Positions 1 to 8,069 are shown, counted from the first letter of the stretch. The stretch is DNA of 11,625 nt from Paraspadella gotoi (GCA_051294375.1 JBJCIZ010000143.1:1-11625), one strand, 5' to 3'. The notes: generated by a model from the sequence alone, not told the origin. A program made the numbers and translations.

Positions 1-40
1 GTTTTTGAATCCTGAATTATTCCTTATTCGAGTGGCCACA
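1..40 (-). repeat. Start (U3 end) of the 3' LTR, truncated by the window edge
   Basis: Begins TGTGGC right after the PPT, the inverted complement of the GCCACA end at 5321-5326. Homology with the 11149 copy stops within 1 nt of this TG. Confidence 0.85.
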
Positions 41-48
41 TCCCCCGC
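41..48 (-). promoter_or_regulatory. Polypurine tract (short)
   Basis: Minus strand GCGGGGGA directly abuts TGTGGCC, the 3' LTR start, after an AT-rich 3' UTR. Confidence 0.7.
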
Positions 49-338
49 TGTTGAAATATATAATAAAAATAATATTTCATAAATAAATAATATAATGATA
101 TATAGCAGTAAATGTGGGTAATTAATATTTCCAATTCCAACTCTTTAAAATAGACTTTGACCGACTTTCAAATATAAAGAATACAACGAATCAATAATCA
201 AATGATTTCCAAAATCATAAATTGTCAAAATTTCAAAATATATACAATAATAACAAACAATATCGGTTGTCGGAACCTTGCCGAGGACACTGATGGAGAG
301 AAGATGGATAAAGACGGTTTTGACGGCCGATTAGGCTT

Positions 339-3300
339 TCAACAGCGGATTTTGTTTTTGTTTTTGTTTCCGTCGTTGTTATTGTTTTGTTTTTCGTATC
401 GTTGGAGCATCTCCTTCAAGACTACTGCGTAAGTAGGACGGGGATAAGGTTTGTTGGAGGAGTTCTCCGCTGTTGGCCTGGAAAATCGACACGTTGGCTC
501 ATTTTCACGATTTTCCGCGTTGTTGTTGTTGTTATCCTCTTCGTTTTCGCTTTTCGCTGGACTTGTCTCGCGGAGAATCCCGGGAGAACGGGAAACCGGA
601 AGCAAAAAGCGTTGAGGGGACACAGGTGGGTCGGGGAGAAGTGTGGGTTCCTTTGGGTGAGTTTTGGAAGGTGAGGGACGAGGAGGAGGAGGAGGAGGAG
701 GAGGAGGAGACGGAGAGCGAGGCGCTGCGCGACGATTACTTGAGCGAGTTTTTCTCGTTGTCGGTTCCGCCTGACGCGTCCTGCGGCCTGGGCGACGGCC
801 TGGGATTCTCTCCCGCTGGGGTTCGAGGTCGTCGGAATCCAGGTCCTCGTCGCTTATCCATGCTGGCTTGACACGGGCGACATTAACCGTCTCTCGTCCG
901 ACGCTTGGGATCTCGATCGTCATATTCAAACCGTTGCGGTGGATGACGCGATATGGTCCTTCGTATGGCGGAGTGAGAGACGGTTGTATGCCTGCTCGCC
1001 TGACGAAGACGTGCGTGGCCGTGTCGAGACTTGCCGGAAGATGTACTGCCGGCTGCCGATGCGCCGATGTCGCCGTCGGTTGAAGGCGAGCGACCTCTAA
1101 TCGAAGCTTAGAGAGTTGGTTTTTTCGTTGTTTTCTCAGGGCGTTATCATCGTTCTGAGAGTCGCCGAGCATGCTGCCGGGGATTCCAACTCCCTCGCCG
1201 AAGACGAGGTCTGCGGCTGAAGCTCCTATGTCTTCTTTTACAGTCGTTCGTATTGCTAGTAGAGTCAATGGTAATTTCCAATACCATTTTTCTTTTTCTG
1301 TGTTTGCTAAAGCCATGAGTGATTCCTTTAGCCTCCTGTGGAATCTTTCCACAAGGCCATTGGCTTGTGGATGATATGCTGTCGTCGTCTGGTTCTTTAT
1401 TCCCCAGAGTCTCGTCAGTTGGCGCCATAACGTCGACGTAAATTGGCTGCCCCTGTCTGTAGTGATAATCGACGGCGTTCCAAAGGTGCTGATCCAATGG
1501 AGACTGAGGGCGTCGAGAATGGTGGGCGTCAACGTATCATGAATCGGGATGGCCGCCGGCCATCGAGAAAATCTGTCGACGATAGTTAGTAAATGGGAAA
1601 AACCATTAGACTTTGGCATTTTTACCAGATCGATGTTGAGGTGCTGGAATCGTCTTGCAGGGACCTTGAAATCTCCAATTTCTGGCACTGTATGCTTGGT
1701 GATTTTGGCCCGCTGACAATCTAAACAATCGCGAGTCCAGCGTGAGACGTCTTGTCGCATGCTGCTCCAGACAAATTTTGCAGCCACTGCTTTTCTCGTT
1801 GCCTCTACTCCAGGATGACCGAGGCCGTGAATCACCTCGAAAATTCGACGACGCCATGCTGTCGGAACGAATGGGCGCGCCGGGCCATTTGAAATGTCGG
1901 CTAAAAGGTCCTGGTTGCCGACTCTGATTTTTCTAAAGGATAGGCCTGACCTGGCATCTTCCGAGATCCTCTGGAACTCCGGGTCGAGGGCCTGCTCCCT
2001 GGCCATCTGCTCGAAATTAATTTCGAAATTCGTTAGTGAGGCGATGACGGCATTAACGTCTTCGAGACGATCTGGCTTTATTTCCCGATTTGTTTTGTCC
2101 TCGACTTGCTGCGCTGCTGCTGTTGAGATTGACGATGCTGTGGCTGTCAACGTCGAACTTGCTGCAGATGTTCCTGCCGCTGCTGCTGTAGATGTCGATG
2201 GTTGATTTGTCGACGGTTTGACGATCTTGTTTTCTTTGTCGTCATTGTTTGTTGTTGTTGTTGTCGACGAATTTGGACGGGAAAGCGCATCTGCTACCAC
2301 GTTTGCCTTACCTTTCAGGTAACGCACATCCGTGGTAAATTCAGCAATCGCTGAAAGTTGATACGATTGTCTACACGTTTGAGGCTCTGATTTTTTTCGT
2401 ATCGCAGAAACCAAACTCTGATGATCTGTGTACAGAGTGAAAGCACGCCCTTCGATCCAGTGGCGGAAATGCCTAACTGCTCTGAAAGCTCCGAAGAGCT
2501 CTCTGTCGAATGGTGGCCATAATTTCTGGTTCTTGGCCAATTTGGCTGAGAAAAACGCCAGTGGTTCCCAACCCTTTGGCCCGCGTTGCTCCAAAACCGC
2601 GCCGACAGCATGGTCTGAGGCGTCAGTCGTGACGCAGAGCTGCGCGCCAGTGCGTGGGTGATGGAGGAGGGCGGCGTTGATCAGTCCCTCTTTAATGGCC
2701 TCGAACGCCTTCTCACAGTCGTCGGTCCACTTTAGAGATTTTGGTTTGCCGCTCAGGGCCTCATAAAGAGGCGCACATCGATGGGCCACTTTTGGGATGA
2801 ATCGTCTGTAGTAGTTTATCATCCCTAGGAATCTTTGCAGTTCCTTTATCGAAGTGGGACGAGTGGTTTCTTGTAGAGTTTGCACTCTCTCCGGCAGGGG
2901 ACGTACTCCGTTTCGATCCACCAGAAACCCCAGGAATTCTAATGAGTCCTGGCCGAGAAGACATTTTTTAGTGTTGACCACTAACCCGTTCTCGTCGAGG
3001 GCCTTGAAGACACGCTCGAGGTCCTGGAGATGTTCTTCTGGAGAAGAGGACGCCACCAATATATCGTCAAGATAAACGAATGTGTGTGGGATGTCCCCTA
3101 GTATGTGATCCATCAGCCGCTGGAAGTCCTGTCCGGCGTTTTTAAGGCCGAACGGACAGCGGGGGAACACATACAGGCCGAAAGGTGTTATTACGGCTGT
3201 TTTCTTGACATCGTCTGGGTTTACTGGTATCTGGTGATACCCTTTGAGCAAATCGATCTTCGAAAAGATCGTTTTGCCCTCCAACTGAGAGTTGAAGTCT

Positions 3301-4142
3301 GAGAGAAGCTTGACCGGGTATCGGTCATCGATAGTTTGAGCGTTGAGGCGGCGATAGTCCCCACAACATCGCCAACCTCCGTCGGGTTTCGAGACGACGT
3401 GCAGTGGAGAAGACCATTCCGATTTTCCCCGCTTGGCTATGCCAAGGGAGACCATCTTCTCCAGCTCACGTTTGGCAACGGCCAACTTCTCTGGATCGAG
3501 TCGTCGTGCTCTGGACTGGCACGGTCGACCTTCTGTCGGGATCGAGTGGGTGACGCCGTGGCGTGGCTCCTTCAACTCGAAGGTGGGCGTCGAAAGCGAG
3601 GGGAAAGAGTCCAAAAGCTTGTAGTATTGCTCGCCCTTCCTGTCTACGAAATGGACGTGGGCGGCTGATTCCTTAGAGGTCGACGCCGCGATGGTCGAGT
3701 AATTTTGAAGGTCGATCAGGAGGCCGTCTCGATGGTTGGGAGCAAGAAAATTGTCAGCTAAGAAATCTGCGCCGAGTATGAATTGTTTAACGTCGGCAAC
3801 TACAAAAGTATATTCAAATTTTCGATTGCCCAGCCTCACTGTTCTCTCTACCGTTCCAAAGCAGTCGATTGACGAGCCGTTGGCCGCCTGAAGCTTCATG
3901 AGAGGATCAGGGCCGCGGCTCCGCTGCTGAGGCGTTGGTGGAATGATCGACAGCAGCGCTCCTCCGTCGACAAGCCATTTGGTTCGATCCCCGGCGTCCC
4001 TTATGAAGATTAAATCGTTTGACGCCGGTGATTTTGATGACTCCAGGGGGACGGCGTTCACCTGCGTCGTCCCCCTTTGGCATTTCCCTCTTTCTTTTTC
4101 TGCACCTCGTTGAATCGTGCACAGCCTGGGTCGCACGACCAA
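339..4142 (-). CDS. pol: Pol polyprotein (protease, reverse transcriptase, RNase H, integrase); probably translated as Gag-Pol by -1 frameshift near 4082-4088 rather than from the ORF's TTG
   Basis: PR: WLVDGGALLSIIP...ILGADFL. RT: WSSPL, DYRRLN, KIDLLKGYHQIP, PFGLKNA, YLDD (3063-3074), FLG. RNase H: TTDASDHAVGAVL, REL, YTDH, VADALSR. IN: HGLGHPG...CLDC, HLNIDLV, TDRGSQF, NGLVERFHR. GPY/F motif: PPYEGPYRV. No internal stops. Confidence 0.97.
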   Translation of the reverse strand: MVVRPRLCTIQRGAEKERGKCQRGTTQVNAVPLESSKSPASNDLIFIRDAGDRTKWLVDGGALLSIIPPTPQQRSRGPDPLMKLQAANGSSIDCFGTVERTVRLGNRKFEYTFVVADVKQFILGADFLADNFLAPNHRDGLLIDLQNYSTIAASTSKESAAHVHFVDRKGEQYYKLLDSFPSLSTPTFELKEPRHGVTHSIPTEGRPCQSRARRLDPEKLAVAKRELEKMVSLGIAKRGKSEWSSPLHVVSKPDGGWRCCGDYRRLNAQTIDDRYPVKLLSDFNSQLEGKTIFSKIDLLKGYHQIPVNPDDVKKTAVITPFGLYVFPRCPFGLKNAGQDFQRLMDHILGDIPHTFVYLDDILVASSSPEEHLQDLERVFKALDENGLVVNTKKCLLGQDSLEFLGFLVDRNGVRPLPERVQTLQETTRPTSIKELQRFLGMINYYRRFIPKVAHRCAPLYEALSGKPKSLKWTDDCEKAFEAIKEGLINAALLHHPRTGAQLCVTTDASDHAVGAVLEQRGPKGWEPLAFFSAKLAKNQKLWPPFDRELFGAFRAVRHFRHWIEGRAFTLYTDHQSLVSAIRKKSEPQTCRQSYQLSAIAEFTTDVRYLKGKANVVADALSRPNSSTTTTTNNDDKENKIVKPSTNQPSTSTAAAAGTSAASSTLTATASSISTAAAQQVEDKTNREIKPDRLEDVNAVIASLTNFEINFEQMAREQALDPEFQRISEDARSGLSFRKIRVGNQDLLADISNGPARPFVPTAWRRRIFEVIHGLGHPGVEATRKAVAAKFVWSSMRQDVSRWTRDCLDCQRAKITKHTVPEIGDFKVPARRFQHLNIDLVKMPKSNGFSHLLTIVDRFSRWPAAIPIHDTLTPTILDALSLHWISTFGTPSIITTDRGSQFTSTLWRQLTRLWGIKNQTTTAYHPQANGLVERFHRRLKESLMALANTEKEKWYWKLPLTLLAIRTTVKEDIGASAADLVFGEGVGIPGSMLGDSQNDDNALRKQRKNQLSKLRLEVARLQPTATSAHRQPAVHLPASLDTATHVFVRRAGIQPSLTPPYEGPYRVIHRNGLNMTIEIPSVGRETVNVARVKPAWISDEDLDSDDLEPQRERIPGRRPGRRTRQAEPTTRKTRSSNRRAAPRSPSPPPPPPPPPRPSPSKTHPKEPTLLPDPPVSPQRFLLPVSRSPGILRETSPAKSENEEDNNNNNAENRENEPTCRFSRPTAENSSNKPYPRPTYAVVLKEMLQRYEKQNNNNDGNKNKNKIRC
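680..709 (+). repeat. (GAG)n microsatellite encoding the poly-proline run in the Pol C-terminus
   Basis: About 10 GAG units on the plus strand read as CCT codons (PPPPPPPPPP) in pol. Confidence 0.9.
4045..4088 (-). promoter_or_regulatory. -1 programmed ribosomal frameshift signal (slippery heptamer plus stem-loop)
   Basis: Minus strand reads G GGA AAT (4088-4082) in the gag frame, a 5-nt spacer GCCAA, then AGGGGGACG (4076-4068) pairing with CGTCCCCCT (4053-4045). A -1 slip enters the pol frame (GGG AAA TGC). Confidence 0.8.
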
Positions 4143-5137
4143 GCCTCATCTCCGAATTTTATGTGCTTGGCACAAAGCGTCGTCAACTTTGATTTAGCTT
4201 TTTCTTTCTGAGCATAATTTGGGCGTCGTTTGTCGTTCGCTGGCTTTCGAGGGCGATTGTAGACGGCGTTGACGGCGTCCTCTTCAGACTCCGAGTCTAC
4301 TCGCTCCCGTTGTCTCCTGTCGACGTTGTTGACGAGGGACGAAGATTGGCGCAGCTTGACGTTGCCTTCTTTGTCATAATGTCTGTCTGCTAGTTGACAT
4401 AGTTCGTGAGCAGTTAAATCGTCTGCTTTGTCTTCTAGTTGTCGACGAATGTCGGTAGGGAGCTCACGTAAAACTTTCTCTTTTCTGACGTCGTCGAGAC
4501 TCAGCGTTTTGGTCTTTTCTTCTAATTGTGCAAGTATTTTTGACGGCTTTGCTCCATCGACGTCGAGGCTGTCCAAGAGGGTGGCGGCCTGTTGGCGTCG
4601 AGTAAGGCCGTATTCCTTACGCAGATAGCGGATGAAAGAGGTCCAGTTCTCTTCGTTAGTCTCGCCGAATAGAAACTGGTTTATCGTTGGGTCGACGTTT
4701 ACACCTATTTTCGACTCAAGGTGTGCAAATTTCGTTTTGGGCGCTGTTATTCCCGCTCGCGTGTAGGCAGCCTCCACACGCTTGATCCAGACTTCAATAT
4801 TGGTAGAGTCAAAGTCGGGTAAGTCTGGCTTCCGGTTAGAGGCGCGTTCCAGAGCGCGGGTCGCGGCGGCGAGAGCGGCGCGAAGTTCGTCGTTCTCGCT
4901 TTGTAATTCCCTGTCGGCGGTGCCGCTTGTCGCCATCGCGGCGTCCTCGAAGTTTCGCACGTCTGACGGCTGATAACTAAAAGTAGGCGCCGCGTTGGCG
5001 TAGATTGGCGAAGGGGTTCGAGAGCGTAAGCCTCTGCCGAAACCGAATGGAATTTGGAGCGTCGACGCCTCACTGCTGGCGTCGCCGGCGTTGCGTTGCG
5101 CTGAGCGAAGGCGGGAACGGATTTCTGACCCGCTCAT
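4058..5137 (-). CDS. gag: Gag (359 aa) with C-terminal CHCC zinc knuckle
   Basis: Uninterrupted ATG-started ORF 180 nt downstream of the PBS start. It has a capsid-like block LPDFDSTNIEVWIKRVEAAY, a KPSKILAQL block, and CAKHIKFGDEAWSCDPGC (C-x2-H-x9-C-x3-C, 4121-4174). It overlaps pol in the -1 frame. Confidence 0.9.
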   Translation of the reverse strand: MSGSEIRSRLRSAQRNAGDASSEASTLQIPFGFGRGLRSRTPSPIYANAAPTFSYQPSDVRNFEDAAMATSGTADRELQSENDELRAALAAATRALERASNRKPDLPDFDSTNIEVWIKRVEAAYTRAGITAPKTKFAHLESKIGVNVDPTINQFLFGETNEENWTSFIRYLRKEYGLTRRQQAATLLDSLDVDGAKPSKILAQLEEKTKTLSLDDVRKEKVLRELPTDIRRQLEDKADDLTAHELCQLADRHYDKEGNVKLRQSSSLVNNVDRRQRERVDSESEEDAVNAVYNRPRKPANDKRRPNYAQKEKAKSKLTTLCAKHIKFGDEAWSCDPGCARFNEVQKKKEGNAKGGRRR

Positions 5138-5302
5138 TGATGAGATCCCTTGTACTCCGTCGGATTCGTCGAGGGAAAGGGGATGGGGAAATAATAAGCG
5201 TGAGCGGACTAGGCGGTAAGCTTAATATTTCGATTTCTCACCTAGTCTTACCTAGAAAGAGGTAATGGTCCGCAGAACTTCCCTGTGAAGGCCGGTCTTG
5301 TT

Positions 5303-5318
5303 CGTCGCGGTCTCACCA
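5303..5318 (-). promoter_or_regulatory. Primer binding site, degenerate tRNA-Trp-like
   Basis: TGGTGAGACCGCGACG lies 2 nt after the LTR-terminal CA. It aligns to the complement of the eukaryotic tRNA-Trp 3' end (TGGTGACCCCGACG, recalled) with a 2-nt insertion and one mismatch. Confidence 0.7.
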
Positions 5319-5320
5319 TG

Positions 5321-6110
5321 TGTGGCAAGGGCCCAGAGTAGCCACAGCGTGACGAAGGGCTCGTAGACTACATGACGCGAGCGAACAATGAGCCGAAAAT
5401 TCCGACCGACGACTGGACGACGACGCATTAGGCGCCCTCTCCCGACTCACCCCGAAGTTTGATCCGAGTTTGTTACGTATGTTCTTTCTCTTCTCGGGCC
5501 GCGGGAACGACGTCGGACTGGATGCATGAGGACAGTTGAAGACGAAGAGAACGCGCGAGGGAGCAGACGAGGTGTTGACCATCCGAAGGACGTTCTCCCA
5601 CGTTGCGGACAGGCATGCCAGGTTCTCGAAACATGCACCGTGCGGGGTCAAGGAGGAGGAGAGCGGCGTCTGGGAGAGGCGATAATAAGAGCTGACAATT
5701 GATGAGACAAGAGAGCTGAGCATCTAGGTTCGGATCCGGGATAAGGGGAAAGCGTCGGAGCTCTAACGTGGATGAGCGGAGGTACTGCGGCGAATGAGAC
5801 ACGGGAACGAGGGAGAGAGAGCGAGACGGAGAGAGTTTTTGACTTTGATCAGAGTGGCGAGCAGACGGTCTGACGTGATTCTTTGACGGAGGGTCAGAGA
5901 TGTATTGTATTTGTAGAGTGGAGATGAAAACGGTGTTGAGAAGATGAGATGATGAGATTTGCTCGATATGATCAAGTGATTTGAGTAGTGAGGTTAAAGC
6001 GGAAAGGAACGGACGGCGAAGGGACGACAAAGAAAGAACATACCGTGTCCGTCGCGGTGACGAAGTAGAGAGAAGAAACGACAAATGCGAAGTCTAGCAG
6101 GAATATATAA
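5321..6110 (-). repeat. Probable R/U5 part of the 5' LTR (upstream extent unknown)
   Basis: Ends ...TTGCCACA before the PBS. It contains a TATA-like TTATATAT (about 6104-6111), a pyrimidine-rich minus strand and tandem AATACA poly(A)-signal-like motifs (5901-5911). No second LTR copy is available in the window to confirm it. Confidence 0.55.
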
Positions 6111-7813
6111 TTCGCGGAACCCTCTTACCTCGCGAGATAGACACCGGTGAGATGATTGAGAGGTGGATATTACGGTAAGGAGAGGAAAGGAAGGAATGAT
6201 GGGATTTTAATTTGCTGGGATGGGTCGAGCCCCAAAATCTCAGCTGCGGGGTGAAAAGCACAGGGAGAGGGAAAGAGTGCAATTGAGTGGAAGGAATGAG
6301 AGAGAGGACAACGACGTCGATAAAAACGGATGAGGGCGATCGCGATGCGAGAGGTCAGATCCAGAGTCGAGGAATCCATACGTAGACAGAGAGAAGTGTT
6401 ATTATTTCGTGAGATATACGACTGGAAGGAGAACCTACATCCAGACGGGACGTGCCGTAGTTTTGACTCCGATATTTTCTTTTATAATATATATTTTACC
6501 TTCCTCGCTATCCATCTAGATCTTCCTCCTTTTTCTCCTTTCCCGTGTAGATCATTTGAACAACACTTATGATGTCATAATAGTTAAGTAATCAAACATG
6601 GGGCCATGATTACTTTTGTAGAGTAAATGATGAGGGCTGTGAAAGACATAACGAGCATTCCAGAAGAAATTTCTTAACTCTTATTTAGTGCCCAACCGCT
6701 AAGGACAGGCAAGATCGTATTGCTCGTAAAGTATATAATTTGCGTTGGTCAGCAGCACATAATATATAGTGAAGAAGAATTTGAGGGCATCTAATCACGG
6801 TAAAATCTTTCACCCAGAGGAATTGAAAAGACTGGGGGCAACATTAGAAGAGGTCGTGACTGCAGGCGGGAAGGGAAGGAAGGGGGGGAAAACCGAATTA
6901 CAATGGGAAAACTGTTTGGAGCGAGATAACCCCAGATACAATAAATTACGGCAGCGGAGTAAATTGTTTTACAAAATTAATTTGAGGGGAAAGTAATTTT
7001 TATGTCTCGGATTAGGAAACAGTGGGAAAGTTTGGAAAAGGAAATTCAAAAACGGGTCTGGCCTAGGGCGCCAGAAGGGGACCATGAAAAAATAACTAAA
7101 CTAAACAAATGAAATACAGAATGGTGAAAGAGTGTATTAAAAAATTAAATATTACTTAATTTACTAATTCACTATCAATCTGGCGTCACTCGACCCCGCG
7201 TGGACAGAAAAACAAACCAATCAGGTTCACTCACTTGTAAGACGCTGTGGAAGTGAGCCACATTAGCCGTGGGCGATTCCGGCACAGAATGATCACAGAA
7301 GAAGACGCAGTAGATGCATTCTTAGAGAGTTTTGTTATCGTGCAGGAGGCGCGGTCGGCCTTAAAGAAATATGGCGGGCGGCGAGAGAGGGGAAGAAAAG
7401 AAAGTATATTTAAAAGGAATTTAAAGGAACGGAGGTAAGGAATCGAGGAGATGTAGATGACGAAAAATCGGGGGCCAGAAGAATTATTGGAGGGAGGATT
7501 GAAGACGCAGTGTGGAGGTGTGGTTGTATAAGAAGCAATGGATTTCCAAAGAGATTGTAGCACGGAGGGTTGAGACAGGGGTAGACGGAGAGAAAAAAAA
7601 TTATTATCACGGTGACGAGGTGATCAGGGAGGATTAGGGATAAGGGGATCAGGAACGGGATCAGGGAACAGAGAGAGAGAGAATCAAATTAAAGTAGGAA
7701 CGAAGATACCAAACTCGAACACATTTGGCGCCGAGATTCATTTTGGTTTTTGGGTTAACCGGCTTAATCGAGACGCCGCCACGTGAATCAAAACAAATCC
7801 TCATTCACGAGAA

Positions 7814-7931
7814 TGAGAGAAGAGAGAGAGAGAGAGAGAGTGAGGAAGGAGAGAGGAAGAGGGAGAGAGAGAGAAGAGAGAGCAGTGGAGAGAGATGTCA
7901 GAGGAGTGAGAGAAGAGAGAGAGAGAGAGGG
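7814..7931 (+). repeat. Imperfect (GA)n microsatellite
   Basis: About 115 bp of interrupted GA repeats; this explains the spurious RE-rich and SL-rich ORFs here. Confidence 0.9.
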
Positions 7932-8037
7932 AGTCACCAAAACCAGACGGATCGGAATTCATTAAGATAGTTTTCGTAGTGGTGGAAAAGGGAAAGGAGG
8001 TTGTTTCGGTAGGAGACCAATAGTTTTTAAAAACGTT

Positions 8038-8069
8038 CGTCGTCGTCGTTGTCATCGTCGTTATCGTCG
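8038..8069 (+). repeat. Imperfect (CGT)n trinucleotide repeat
   Basis: CGTCGTCGTCGTTGTCATCGTCGTTATCGTCG. Confidence 0.8.

Larger units (their letters stand above)
1..6110 (-). mobile_element. Ty3/Gypsy LTR retrotransposon, CsRN1/Kabuki/Boudicca-like lineage; 3' LTR runs off the left edge and the upstream (right) boundary is unresolved
   Basis: Minus-strand order is LTR end (...GCCACA, 5321), PBS, gag, pol (PR-RT-RH-IN, the Gypsy order), AT-rich 3' UTR, PPT, LTR start (TGTGGCC, 40). The Gag C-x2-H-x9-C-x3-C motif and Trp-like PBS are known CsRN1-clade hallmarks. The 6110 boundary is only the putative TATA box, not a demonstrated end. Confidence 0.93.

Noticed and set aside
49-338. Possible env or third ORF after pol
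   Set aside because: Only about 290 bp of AT-rich 3' UTR, with no minus-strand ORF in the track.
202-5265. Many short antisense and alternate-frame ORFs overlapping gag and pol, including the poly-Glu ORF 473-871
   Set aside because: These are shadows of the GC-rich coding sequence; the poly-E is the reverse read of the poly-Pro repeat.
5313-6084. Minus-strand ORFs of 203 aa (5473-6084) and 136 aa (5313-5723) upstream of gag
   Set aside because: Ser/Leu/Arg-rich products reflect the pyrimidine-rich strand. They have no motifs, the longer one starts at TTG, and they lie in the probable LTR.
7242-7262. ACGCTGTGG...GCCACA resembling the U5-end hairpin at 5321-5350
   Set aside because: Only 9+6 nt match with a different interior and no PBS after it; chance cannot be excluded.
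7725-8055. RE-rich and SL-rich ORFs
   Set aside because: They are translations of the GA microsatellite.
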